From assembly GCA_963663235.2 (NCBI GenBank), contig CAXXNO010000004.1, positions 96,001-160,000 on the forward strand: DNA of 64,000 nt. The letters run 5' to 3'. This document shows, in pieces, positions 8,818 to 18,338 of the stretch. Position 1 is the first letter of the stretch, and each line of letters opens with the position of its first letter. The position numbers and the translations under genes were made by a program. The stretch is from Dehalococcoidia bacterium (lineage in GTDB: Bacteria > Chloroflexota > Dehalococcoidia > Bin125). Under the pieces are notes generated by a model. The model was not told the DNA's origin and did not search any database. It saw only the letters and a list, made by a program, of their open reading frames with translations.

Positions 8818-10041
8818 ATGGCATCGATCCTCGACGTGGCGGTGATCGGCGGCGGCATCATAGGACTCGCGACGGCTATGGAGCTGACCGGCCGCTACTC
8901 GGGCCTGCACGTGGCCGTCCTGGAAAAAGAGCCTCGCACCGGCGCTCATCAGTCGAGCCACAACAGCGGCGTCATCCATTCCGGCCTGTACTACCGTCCC
9001 GGCTCTGCCAAAGCGGAGATGGCGGTCCGGGGTGCACGCGGCATGATGGCATTCTGCGACGAGCACGCCATCCCCTACGAACGCTGCGGCAAGGTGGTGG
9101 TTGCCACCTCGGCGCAGGAGATCCCGCGGTTGGAGGAGCTCGAACGGCGGGGGCGGGCCAATGGCGTAGCGGATCTGCGGATGATCGGCCCCGAGGAGCT
9201 ACGGACGCTGGAGCCGAACGCCGCCGGTTTGCAAGCCTTGCACGTGCCTGGCACCGGGATTGTGGAGTTCGCTGCGGTGGTAGACGCCTACCGCGCGATT
9301 CTGGAAGCGCGGGGGGGCGAGGTCCGCGTCCGCGCGGCGGTCCGCGCCGTTCGATCAATGGAGGACGGCCTCACAATCACGACTGCCGCGGGGCCGATCA
9401 ACGCGCGGTATGCCATCAACTGCGCCGGGCTCTTCGCGGACCGCATCAGCGCGCTCGCGGGGCGACCGCCGTCCCTGCGGATCGTGCCCTTCCGCGGCGA
9501 GTACTACAAACTCAAGCCGACGCGGCGCGCCCTGGTGCGAAACCTGATCTACCCCGTGCCGGATCCCTCGTTCCCATTCCTGGGGGTGCACTTCACGCGG
9601 CGGATCGACGGCAGCATTGAGGCCGGCCCCAACGCAGTGCTCGCGCTCAAGCGTGAGGGCTATCGCTGGCGCGACGTGGACCCGCGCGACACGCTGGAGA
9701 CGCTGCGCTACCCCGGCTTCTGGCGCCTTGCGCGGCGCCACTGGCGCCCCGGCATCGGCGAGGTGTATCGCTCACTACATCGGGCCGCACTCGTGGCGGC
9801 GCTGCGTAGGCTGGTACCGGCGCTGGACGCGGACGACCTGGTGCGCGCCGGTGCGGGAGTCCGGGCCCAGGCGCTCGACCGCGACGGCGGCTTGGTGGAC
9901 GATTTCCGGATCGTGGAGTCGGAGCGGATGATTCACGTGTTGAACGCACCCTCGCCCGGAGCCACGGCATCCCTGTGTATTGGCGGCGCCATTGCGGACA
10001 TGGCGGCGGGCTGGCTGGGGCCCGCCTCCCAGCGTCACTAG
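8818..10041 (+). CDS. lhgO: L-2-hydroxyglutarate oxidase family FAD oxidoreductase
   Basis: VIGGGIIG, HQSSHNSGVIHSGLYYRPGS, IVPFRGEYY, LIYPVPDPSFPFLGVHFTR, NAPSPGATASL. Confidence 0.9.
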   Translation: MASILDVAVIGGGIIGLATAMELTGRYSGLHVAVLEKEPRTGAHQSSHNSGVIHSGLYYRPGSAKAEMAVRGARGMMAFCDEHAIPYERCGKVVVATSAQEIPRLEELERRGRANGVADLRMIGPEELRTLEPNAAGLQALHVPGTGIVEFAAVVDAYRAILEARGGEVRVRAAVRAVRSMEDGLTITTAAGPINARYAINCAGLFADRISALAGRPPSLRIVPFRGEYYKLKPTRRALVRNLIYPVPDPSFPFLGVHFTRRIDGSIEAGPNAVLALKREGYRWRDVDPRDTLETLRYPGFWRLARRHWRPGIGEVYRSLHRAALVAALRRLVPALDADDLVRAGAGVRAQALDRDGGLVDDFRIVESERMIHVLNAPSPGATASLCIGGAIADMAAGWLGPASQRH

Positions 10042-10055
10042 CGCTTGACCACGCC

Positions 10056-11237
10056 ATGCACCTCACGACGCTCACGCTGGACCAGTTTCGCTCGTATCCG
10101 CATTGCTCGCTGACGTTACAGCCAGGGCTGACGCTGATCCTCGGCGACAACGCCCAGGGCAAGACCAACCTCCTCGAAGCGATTTACCTGCTCGCCGCGC
10201 TGCGCTCGCCGCGCGCCTCCAGTGACGGCGAACTCATCGCCTGGTCGGCGCCGCCCCCAGCCATCGTGCGGGTCGCGGGGACCGCGCAGGGTCGGGAGGG
10301 GAAGATCACGGTCGAGGTGGCCGCCGCTACCCGCACCGACGCGAATGGCGCCGTGCGGCGGTCGCAGAGCGGCGCACCGCTCGTGAGCAGGCGGGTGCGC
10401 CGCAACGGCATCGCCCGACGCGCCGCCGACGTCGTGGGCGCGATCAGCGCGGTGCTCTTCACCACGCTGGACATGGAGATCATCACCGGCGCACCATCGG
10501 CCCGGCGCCGCTTCCTGGACTTCACGATCGCGCAGAGCGACCGCGCGTATGCGCGCGCGAGCAGCGCGTATGAGCGGTCGCTGAGCCAGCGCAATGCCGC
10601 GTTGAAGCGGATCGCCCGCGGCGAGGGATCGGCGAGCGAGTTGGAGCCGTGGGACGATGCGCTGATCGCCGCGGGCAGCACACTCGTCGCGGGTCGGGCG
10701 GCCGCGGTGCGAGAGTTGACGGAATCGGCGGTGGGGCATCATGCGCGGCTCACGGGCGAAAGTGGTGAGCAGCTCCGCCTGGAGTACGCACCGGCGCTCG
10801 GCGGCCTGGACCTTCCGCCCCCCGCCGATGTGGAGCGCGTGTCCGACAGCCTCCGCGAGGCGCTGACCAGGCTGCGACCGCGCGAGACGGCCGCCGGCGC
10901 CACTCTGGCCGGGCCCCACCGTGACGATCTTCGCATCCTGCTGGACGGGCGGGCCGCGGCCATGTATGCGTCGCGCGCACAGCAGCGCAGCATCGCGCTC
11001 ACCCTGCGCCTGAGCGAGGCGGACTTGCTCCGCTCCCGGCGCGACGACGAACCGCTCCTGCTGTTGGACGACGTGTTCTCCGAGCTCGATCGGCACCGGC
11101 GGGCCGCCGTCGCCCAGGCCGTTGCCGGCAGTGAGCAGGTCATCCTCACGAGCGCCGACCCCGCCGCCGTACCGCCGGAGCTCCCGCCGCCCGTCGCGAC
11201 CTATCGCGTGGAGCGGGGACGGCTCACGCCCATCTAA
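10056..11237 (+). CDS. recF: DNA replication/repair protein RecF
   Basis: GDNAQGKTNLLEAI, GAPSARRRFLD, GPHRDDL, ASRAQQR, LLLLDDVFSELD. Confidence 0.93.
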   Translation: MHLTTLTLDQFRSYPHCSLTLQPGLTLILGDNAQGKTNLLEAIYLLAALRSPRASSDGELIAWSAPPPAIVRVAGTAQGREGKITVEVAAATRTDANGAVRRSQSGAPLVSRRVRRNGIARRAADVVGAISAVLFTTLDMEIITGAPSARRRFLDFTIAQSDRAYARASSAYERSLSQRNAALKRIARGEGSASELEPWDDALIAAGSTLVAGRAAAVRELTESAVGHHARLTGESGEQLRLEYAPALGGLDLPPPADVERVSDSLREALTRLRPRETAAGATLAGPHRDDLRILLDGRAAAMYASRAQQRSIALTLRLSEADLLRSRRDDEPLLLLDDVFSELDRHRRAAVAQAVAGSEQVILTSADPAAVPPELPPPVATYRVERGRLTPI

Positions 11238-12151
11238 GGCAGCGGCTGAAACACCGGCCGACCAGCCCGGGGGACGAGCATAGTGACCGCCGCCGGCTCA
11301 ACAGTGAAAGCCGTCGCGGCCTGCGGCACGGCATCGCCATCGAGCTGCATAGGCGGCGCAGCGCCCTCGATGACGATGCGGCGCGCGCGCCGATAGAGCA
11401 CGTGACGGGAGCGGAGATGGCGCCGCAGCAAGACCAGCGCCAGCATGCGCAGCGTGCCCGGCACGCCGCGGCCGCGAAAGACGACGCAGTCCAATAGTCC
11501 ATCCACCGCGGAGGCCTCTGCGGTGATCGTGGCCACGCCGCCATAGTTGCGCGTATTGCCCAAGACGATCATCGTCGCCTCCACGTTAACCGCGGGGTCG
11601 TCATCGAAGCGCACGGCCGCCTGGAATCCCGGATAGCGTGCGCCGACGCGCAGCCCCGTCCACGCATAGGCCAGCGGGCCGGTGCATCGCTTCAGGCCCG
11701 GGCGCACCGCGGCGACCGTCGCCGCGTCCAGTCCCAGACCGGCCATCAGCAAGAAGCGGCGTTCCGCCGCCCGGCCCAAGTCCAGGCGCACGGGGGTGCC
11801 GCTGAGCTGCGCTCGCAGTGCGCGGTCGGCGCGGCGCGGGATCCCCGCCTCCTTGGCCCACACGTTGGCTGTGCCTCCGGGAATCACGCCGATGGGCAGG
11901 TCGGGCCGCCGGAGCCCATTCAGGACCTCGTTGAGCGTGCCGTCGCCCCCGCACGCCACAATCAACTCCGCCCCGGCGCTCTCCGCTTCCGCCGCGATCT
12001 GGGTGGCGTGGAGGGGGCCGTCCGTCTCGCGGATTTCCGGCGCGATCGAGTGATCGCGCCCCGCCGCCTCGATGGCGGCGACCAACACTTCGCGGGAGGG
12101 AAGCGTCCGCGCCGCGGGATTCACAATGAAGACCGCTCGTCGCATCGGCAT
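11234..12151 (-). CDS. diacylglycerol/lipid kinase family protein
   Basis: FIVNPAA, GGDGTLNEVLNG, IPGGTANVWA, NTRNYGG, QLDGD. Confidence 0.9.
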   Translation of the reverse strand: MPMRRAVFIVNPAARTLPSREVLVAAIEAAGRDHSIAPEIRETDGPLHATQIAAEAESAGAELIVACGGDGTLNEVLNGLRRPDLPIGVIPGGTANVWAKEAGIPRRADRALRAQLSGTPVRLDLGRAAERRFLLMAGLGLDAATVAAVRPGLKRCTGPLAYAWTGLRVGARYPGFQAAVRFDDDPAVNVEATMIVLGNTRNYGGVATITAEASAVDGLLDCVVFRGRGVPGTLRMLALVLLRRHLRSRHVLYRRARRIVIEGAAPPMQLDGDAVPQAATAFTVEPAAVTMLVPRAGRPVFQPLP

Positions 12152-12294
12152 AGCAGTTGACTGGCTCCCAGTCCGGTGTAGCAGGGCCCGATCGGAAGGA
12201 AAAGGTACGGCAGATTGACCCAAGCCGCGCGCCCCGCCGATCATGGGGCGGCGTGGCGGCAAGGCCGCAGCTCGACCAACGGAAAGGGGAGTTC

Positions 12295-12756
12295 GTGCCA
12301 AAACGCCCAGGCGTCAAGCGACTCGACCACGTCAGCATCGCCACGAGTGATGCGAAGCAGACGCTCGCCTTCCTCAGCCGCTTACTGGGAGCGGAGATCG
12401 CCTGTCCCATTGCCGAGGAGGGCGAAGGGTACCGTGGCGCCTATCTCTATTTTGCCGACAGCCAGGCCCGCGTGGAGGTCCTGGAGCCCTGCGACGCGCA
12501 ATCCTTTCTCAGCAAGTTCATCGCCGAACGGGGTCCCGGCGTTCATCACATCACGTTTGAGGTGGACGATGTGGAGGAAACTGCGGCGTTCCTCAAGGAA
12601 GAGATGGGAATTGAGCCGTACCGCGGCGTCTGGTCGGATCACGAATGGAAACAAACCTTCGTGCACCCCAAGGATACCGGCGGCGTCCTGCTCCAGTTTT
12701 ACGAATGGTTGCCGGGGAAGCGTCCGGACAACGCCCCGAAGATCGAGGAGATCTGA
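12295..12756 (+). CDS. VOC family protein (methylmalonyl-CoA epimerase-like)
   Basis: RLDHVSIA, VEVLEP, GPGVHHITFEVDD, FVHPKDTGGVLLQFYE; GTG start after GGGGAG. Confidence 0.85.
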   Translation: MPKRPGVKRLDHVSIATSDAKQTLAFLSRLLGAEIACPIAEEGEGYRGAYLYFADSQARVEVLEPCDAQSFLSKFIAERGPGVHHITFEVDDVEETAAFLKEEMGIEPYRGVWSDHEWKQTFVHPKDTGGVLLQFYEWLPGKRPDNAPKIEEI

Positions 12757-12762
12757 TCCGCC

Positions 12763-13302
12763 ATGGCCGCGCGTCCGGACCTGCCACCGATCCACTACGT
12801 GGACGGCGAGTTTGTCTCCACGCGCGACGTCCCCTTTTCTCCCTCCCTGGACGAATTGATCGCGGAGATCCGCTCGGGCCAAGCGCCCAACCTGGGCCGC
12901 TTCTGCGGCTACTGCTGCACCCCGCTGGGCGCCGACAGTCAGCGCTGCGCGACCTGCGACACCCGCATCGACGACGTACCGCCGCGCAGCAAGATCCCAC
13001 GTCCCCTGGCCGCCGTCTATACGCGCAAGCGCAAGATTGAAGCGCGCATCATCCACAGCGCGGCCTGGCTGGGCATCGCCCTGGGCACGGGGATCGGAAG
13101 CGGGCTGATCCTGGCGCTCCCAAGCTGGACCAAGATCGTGGGCGTAATCTTCCTGCTGGCGGGGTCGTTCTACATCGCGTCGTACTTCGGTAATGTCCTG
13201 GCCCAAAACTACGCCTACCGCCGCGGCTTCAAGGCGTTTGCACAGCGCTGGCAGGAGTACCTGCGGGCGCGCGCGAGCGGAGCGGCCGAAGACGATGCCT
13301 AG
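12763..13302 (+). CDS. hypothetical membrane protein with zinc-ribbon-like Cys pairs
   Basis: CGYC...CATC followed by two hydrophobic helices. Confidence 0.75.
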   Translation: MAARPDLPPIHYVDGEFVSTRDVPFSPSLDELIAEIRSGQAPNLGRFCGYCCTPLGADSQRCATCDTRIDDVPPRSKIPRPLAAVYTRKRKIEARIIHSAAWLGIALGTGIGSGLILALPSWTKIVGVIFLLAGSFYIASYFGNVLAQNYAYRRGFKAFAQRWQEYLRARASGAAEDDA

Positions 13303-14482
13303 GCGCTGGGCGCCCGTGATCCTCGCCGCTGGAATCGCGCTCGCCGCGCTCGCCGCGGCCTGCGGCGGAGGCGAGGACAGCGACGAGCAAGCGGTTGACG
13401 AACTGCCAGTCGCTCAGAGCGCTGTTGAGCAAGTGGCCGACGAGCAAGCCTCCACGACGCCAGCCGAGCCCGCGCCTCCACCGCCCGCGGACCAGCTCGA
13501 ACCCGAAGTGCCGCCGCCGCCCGAAATCTCCGCCGAGGAACAGGGGGACTGGGTCCGCATCTCCCCCAGTGGGGACTTTGAGCGGATCGCCGTCGACGAG
13601 AGCGGACGCATCATCATCGCGGCCGGGCGCGGCGCGGGGATCATCTCCCGCGACGGCGGCGCCACCTGGGAGCTGCTGGACTGGCCGGGCGATCAGCGCT
13701 TCGGCGTCGCGGTATCACCGGATGGCCTCCAGATCCTCGTGAGTGGAATCGGCGCGCTCGCGGGTCAGGAGAACACGTCGCTGTGGAGTACGGATGGCGG
13801 CCTGACGTGGACCGACACCGGCCGCCTCGTCCAGACGGCCGTGGCGCAAGTGACCGACCTGTTCCTGGTTGGCTCCGCCGGAACCGGTCTCATCTCCACC
13901 AGCGACGGCGGAGCCACGGGCCCGATCCTCATTCGCCAGGGAGTCGATGGCGACGGTAACTTCGCGCCGGTGAATATCACTCTGAACGCGCGCCGCATCG
14001 ACGACATCGTCCTGATCAGCGCCAGCGAAGGGGGGAGCGTTCTGCTCACGCGCACCCGCGATCGCGGGGAGACCATCGAGTTGCTGGAGACCGGCTTCGA
14101 GCTCTCCGGCGCCACGGTAGTGAGCTTCTTCCCCGTCGGCTTCGTGCTCATGAGCCAGGGAAGCGGCGTCCTCCTCAGCTTTGACGATGGCGCTACCTGG
14201 TTCTCTCAGAATGTCGGCCTGGAGAAGTTCGATCAGAGTGGAGCCTATCCCGCTCTGGTCGACCTCGTCGTGATGCCGGGCAGCGCCCTGCCGATCCTCG
14301 CGTCCACTACGCTGTCGCTACGTTTCGACCCCGGCGGGTGGGAGGCTATCGGCCGGCCCGGCTCGCAGATCCGCGACCTGGTCGTACTCCCCGGTGCGCC
14401 ACCCGCCGTCCTGGCGGCGACCGCGGACGGCGTCTACCGCCTGGAAGATCCGGCGGCCGCGATAGTCACGCCCGGCCCCTGA
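13295..14482 (+). CDS. lipoprotein with BNR/Asp-box beta-propeller repeats
   Basis: Lipobox LAAAC, Pro/Glu linker, repeats SRDGGATW, STDGGLTW, TSDGGAT, TRDRGET, SFDDGATW. Confidence 0.8.
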   Translation: MPRRWAPVILAAGIALAALAAACGGGEDSDEQAVDELPVAQSAVEQVADEQASTTPAEPAPPPPADQLEPEVPPPPEISAEEQGDWVRISPSGDFERIAVDESGRIIIAAGRGAGIISRDGGATWELLDWPGDQRFGVAVSPDGLQILVSGIGALAGQENTSLWSTDGGLTWTDTGRLVQTAVAQVTDLFLVGSAGTGLISTSDGGATGPILIRQGVDGDGNFAPVNITLNARRIDDIVLISASEGGSVLLTRTRDRGETIELLETGFELSGATVVSFFPVGFVLMSQGSGVLLSFDDGATWFSQNVGLEKFDQSGAYPALVDLVVMPGSALPILASTTLSLRFDPGGWEAIGRPGSQIRDLVVLPGAPPAVLAATADGVYRLEDPAAAIVTPGP

Positions 14483-14526
14483 CGCCGGGGGGTTAGGGCT
14501 GGACACTCAAGAACTGTTCGATCGAC

Positions 14527-14646
14527 TCAGGGGCGCCCAGCACTTCGCCGGCCGGTGATCAACGTCGGCGAGATCATGCCGTCCGCGCCGGCCTGCCGCA
14601 GCTTCGGCTCGGAGCCGGGCTCGTTGAAGCGGACCACCACGTAGGG
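14527..14646 (-). pseudogene. remnant of a TrkA-N/RCK (K+ channel NAD-binding) domain
   Basis: Minus-strand translation YVVVRFNEPGSEPKLRQAGADGMISPTLITGRR resembles the RCK C-terminal KLxxAGADxVISP motif; no start or rest of gene. Confidence 0.55.
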
Positions 14647-14726
14647 GTATGGAAGCTGGCGCTGTGGAGGAAGCGCGCGCGACCGCCGTTCAGGGCTCGC
14701 TACCGTCTAACTCCTAGGCCGCGACC

Positions 14727-16874
14727 CTAGGCCCCACGGAGCGTCTTGCGACGGTTGGCCACGAAGTCCACTAACAAATACTCGCCCAGATTGTCGGGTG
14801 TGGTGTAGAAGACCCGCCCCTTGTTCATCTTCGCCATCTGGTTCACGAACTCTTTGAGGTAATAGTTGCGATCCAGCATGAACGTGTTGATCACGATGTC
14901 CTTTTTGGTGCAGCGCTTCACTTCGCTGAGCGTCTCGCGGATCGTGATGGGGCTGGGCGGATAGGCGAAATAGCTGCGACCGCGCTCAAGGTGAGCGGTG
15001 GGTTCACCATCGGAGATCATGATGATCTGGCGGCTGCCGACCTTGTGCCGGGCAAGCAAGCCCTGCGCGATCATCAGCGCATGGTGCATGTTGGTGCCCA
15101 GGACGGTTTCGTCCCAGCGCACATAGGGCAGCTCCTCCTGCTTGAGCTCGCGCGCATAGGCGCTAAAGCCGACGAGGTAAAGGCTGTCCCGGGGATAGAG
15201 TGTGCGGATCAGATTGTTCAGCGCCAGCGCGACCTTCTTGGCCGACTGGAAGGAGCCCCGCAGCGCCATGGACCAGGAGAGGTCCAGCATGAGGACAGTT
15301 GCTGTCTGGGTGATCAGCTCGGAACGAAACACCTCGAAGTCCTGGGGGGCCAGCTGCACTGGCACGGACGGCCCCGCGCGGTAGATGGAGTTCATCACCG
15401 TCTTTTCCAGATGGATGAGGAAAGGGTCACCAAACTCATAGAGCTTTGAATCGTCGGCACGCTCTCCGTAGCGCCCGTACTTCACTACGGGATGCTTGCC
15501 GAAACTTTGCTTCTTGAGATTGGCGTAGATCTCGATCAGCGCCTTCTGGCCAATGTGGCGCGTGCCGCGTGGCGTCAGCTCCCAAGTCCCGCCGCGCTTG
15601 CGAATGTAGCCGGCCTTCTCCAGGATCTCCAGGAAGGACCGCAATCGGTCCAGCGTCTCGCGCGCCTCGTCGCCCAGCAACTCCTCTACCTCGTCGGCGT
15701 CGATGTCCGACAGGTCGCCGCCATACTGCGTGCGCTCTAGTTGCCGTTCCAGCTCATCCAACCCCTGCATCTCGCCCATGAGGTGCATCGCCGCCTGGAG
15801 GTCCAGCTCCGCATCGCCGCGGAAAGGGTACTGGTTCCGCAGATCGCGCATGGGGTAGAGCCGCTCCAGATTGGCGCCCAGATCCGCCAGCTGGCCCCGG
15901 AACTCCTCGTCGCCGACTTTGTCGGCGAGCAGGTCTTGAAGTTGGGAGCGCATGTCGCCGGGCAGCGAGTCAAGCAGACTCTGCATCTGGGCGGCCTGGT
16001 GTTGCATCTGCTCGATTAGCTCGTCGAGCGACTGCGGCGGATTGTCGCCGAAGAGGTCGCCGTATTGATCCATGAAGGCGTCGAAGTCGGGTTCTTCGCC
16101 GACCAGTCGCTGCTGCAACATGGCGTTGAGATCGTGCACCATTTGCTGCATGCGAGACATGTCCTCCAGGGACATGTTCTGGATCATCTGCGAGAGATCC
16201 TTGAAGAACGTTTGCATCATGGCTTGCTTCAAGGATTCCAGCAGCTCTTGGAAGCGCTGATGGGCCTCAGGGTGCATGAACTCGTATTCCTGCAAAGCCC
16301 GCACCTGGCCGCCCGGATCTTCCGGGAGAGCGTCCAAGGCCCGCTGCTTGCGTTCCACAATGTCGCGCAGCATGCTCGCAAACTCGTTCGGTTCCGCGCC
16401 GGATGGCTGTGCGTCGGACTGTGCCTCAGCGGACTCGGCGTCGTCTCCGGCGGCGCTCTCTCCAGCCGACGTCTCGGCGTCGGCCTCCGGGGCGCCTCCG
16501 GCCTCCGCCGCGTCCGTCGGAGGCGCCGACTGCGGTTGTGCCTCCACTTCGTCCAGCCGCTGTTCCAGAGTGCCGCGTTCCAGATCCAGGATCTCGTCGA
16601 GCTTGCGCTGGATGTCGTCGAAGACGGACTGGAGGTTGAACTGTTCGAGGGCGTCGCGTCGCTGCTGCCGGAGCTTTTGCAGCAGATCCCGCAGACCATC
16701 CGTGCGGGACCCGTCCGCGTCGCGCAGGCCGCGCTGGAGCAGGTTGCGCAGAGCGTGCTGCAGGTCGCCGAAATTCATCAGGTCGTCGGTCAGACCGTCG
16801 AGCAGTTCGTCGGCATCGAGCGGTGCGACGTCCTGGGTGCCGTCCCATTCGCGGTAGCGAAGTCGCTCGGGCAT
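14727..16874 (-). CDS. VWA domain protein (Rv0959-like partner of a chelatase-type AAA+)
   Basis: RYREWDGTQ N-terminus, coiled coils, LTPRG.R.IGQKAL, MIDAS DLSWSM, ISDGEPTAH. Confidence 0.88.
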   Translation of the reverse strand: MPERLRYREWDGTQDVAPLDADELLDGLTDDLMNFGDLQHALRNLLQRGLRDADGSRTDGLRDLLQKLRQQRRDALEQFNLQSVFDDIQRKLDEILDLERGTLEQRLDEVEAQPQSAPPTDAAEAGGAPEADAETSAGESAAGDDAESAEAQSDAQPSGAEPNEFASMLRDIVERKQRALDALPEDPGGQVRALQEYEFMHPEAHQRFQELLESLKQAMMQTFFKDLSQMIQNMSLEDMSRMQQMVHDLNAMLQQRLVGEEPDFDAFMDQYGDLFGDNPPQSLDELIEQMQHQAAQMQSLLDSLPGDMRSQLQDLLADKVGDEEFRGQLADLGANLERLYPMRDLRNQYPFRGDAELDLQAAMHLMGEMQGLDELERQLERTQYGGDLSDIDADEVEELLGDEARETLDRLRSFLEILEKAGYIRKRGGTWELTPRGTRHIGQKALIEIYANLKKQSFGKHPVVKYGRYGERADDSKLYEFGDPFLIHLEKTVMNSIYRAGPSVPVQLAPQDFEVFRSELITQTATVLMLDLSWSMALRGSFQSAKKVALALNNLIRTLYPRDSLYLVGFSAYARELKQEELPYVRWDETVLGTNMHHALMIAQGLLARHKVGSRQIIMISDGEPTAHLERGRSYFAYPPSPITIRETLSEVKRCTKKDIVINTFMLDRNYYLKEFVNQMAKMNKGRVFYTTPDNLGEYLLVDFVANRRKTLRGA

Positions 16875-16897
16875 GCCGCCCCGTCCTCCGCGACGAA

Positions 16898-18295
16898 CTA
16901 GCCGCGGTACTGCGTCTGGGAGCCGACGCGGTCCCGGTTGAGCCGCTTGTTGAGGTGCAGGCCTTCCAGGACGAACTCGACGGCGCTGGCCGTCAGCGCG
17001 GCGTCGCCGTCCGTCCCGAGCGGATGGACAGCGTCGCTCATCCCCTCGATCTGGTCGAGTAGGTCTTGATAGTCACGGGCAGACATCCGGTCACTCACCT
17101 CGACAGAGAGGCCGGCCTTGAACTGGCTCACGATCTCTTCCAGGTCCACGACGTTAAAGCGTCGATTGAACACGGAGGCGACGGCCCCTTGGATCAGTTT
17201 CTCGACGATCTGATCCTCGCGGCCCTCCTCCACCATCTCCAACTCCAGCTTGCCCTGCACAGCCGGGTAGATCGACGGGAGATCGGTGATCCGGGGCACC
17301 ACGTGCTCCTCGCCCAAGCGGATCGCCCGCCGGGCCGCGTTGGCTACCACGGTTTCGTGCGCTGCGATGGAGGCGCGCACGGACACGCCAGAACGCTGGT
17401 TGACGTCCGGGCTCCGGCGGGCTAGACGGGAAACCTCTGTGACGATCTCCTCCACGTAGTCCGGCACGGTGATGCGCAGCCCCTCCAGGTTGAGCGGCGA
17501 CCGCTCCTGCCGGACGATCTGCACTTCGGTCTCGATATCAGTGGGGTAATGCGTGCGGATCTGGGCGCCGTAGCGATCCTTGAGTGGTGTGATGATCCGG
17601 CCGCGGTTGGTGTAATCCTCCGGATTGGCACTCGCCACGATGAGCACATCCAGCGACAGGCGGACACGAAAGCCCCGGATCTGGACATCGCGCTCTTCCA
17701 TCAAGTTGAGCAGTCCCACTTGGATCCGCTCGGCCAGGTCCGGGAGCTCGTTGATGCAGAAGATCCCGCGGTTGGAGCGTGGCACGAGGCCGTAGTGGAT
17801 CGTCATCTCGTCGGCCAGATACCGGCCCTCGGCGACCTTGATGGGATCAACCTCACCGATCAGGTCCGCGATGGTGATGTCCGGCGTGGCGAGCTTCTCG
17901 CCGTAGCGCTCCTCCCGGGACAGCCATCGGAGCGGTGCCTTGTCTCCCTGCTGTTCGACAAGCTCACGCCCAGCCTTGGAGATCGGCGCGAACGGGTTCT
18001 CGGGAAGCTCGACGCCATCGAGGATGGGGATTTCCTCATCCAGAAGGGTGGGGAGCAGCCGCATCAGGCGGCTCTTCGCTTGCCCGCGCTCGCCCAAGAA
18101 GATGATGTCCTGCCCCGCCACGATGGCGTTTTCCAGCGCGGGGAAGACGGATTCCTCGTAGCCCAGCACCTCCGGGAAGATCGGATCCTCGCTCCGGATC
18201 TTGGCGATCACATTCTTGCGTAACTCTTCCCGAACGGTAAGAACCGTGTAGCCGCTCTTGCGCAATTCGCGGACCGTGCGTGGTTTCGCTGCCAC
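16898..18295 (-). CDS. Mg-chelatase/MoxR-like AAA+ ATPase (Rv0958-like)
   Basis: GERGQAKS Walker A variant, EKLATPD, DPIKVAEGR, INELPDLAERIQV, ASANPEDYTNRGRIITPLKDR. Confidence 0.9.
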   Translation of the reverse strand: MAAKPRTVRELRKSGYTVLTVREELRKNVIAKIRSEDPIFPEVLGYEESVFPALENAIVAGQDIIFLGERGQAKSRLMRLLPTLLDEEIPILDGVELPENPFAPISKAGRELVEQQGDKAPLRWLSREERYGEKLATPDITIADLIGEVDPIKVAEGRYLADEMTIHYGLVPRSNRGIFCINELPDLAERIQVGLLNLMEERDVQIRGFRVRLSLDVLIVASANPEDYTNRGRIITPLKDRYGAQIRTHYPTDIETEVQIVRQERSPLNLEGLRITVPDYVEEIVTEVSRLARRSPDVNQRSGVSVRASIAAHETVVANAARRAIRLGEEHVVPRITDLPSIYPAVQGKLELEMVEEGREDQIVEKLIQGAVASVFNRRFNVVDLEEIVSQFKAGLSVEVSDRMSARDYQDLLDQIEGMSDAVHPLGTDGDAALTASAVEFVLEGLHLNKRLNRDRVGSQTQYRG

Positions 18296-18338
18296 TCAGG
18301 ATCCCCCTTACCCTCGCCCGCCAGCCAGACGGAGGCCG

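Noticed and set aside
10056-11237. recF as a marker of oriC
   Set aside because: No dnaA, dnaN or gyrB nearby and no DnaA-box cluster noticed.
16898-18295. Bacteriochlorophyll Mg-chelatase (phototrophy)
   Set aside because: Motifs fit the Rv0958-like family, and no bchH or other bch genes are present.
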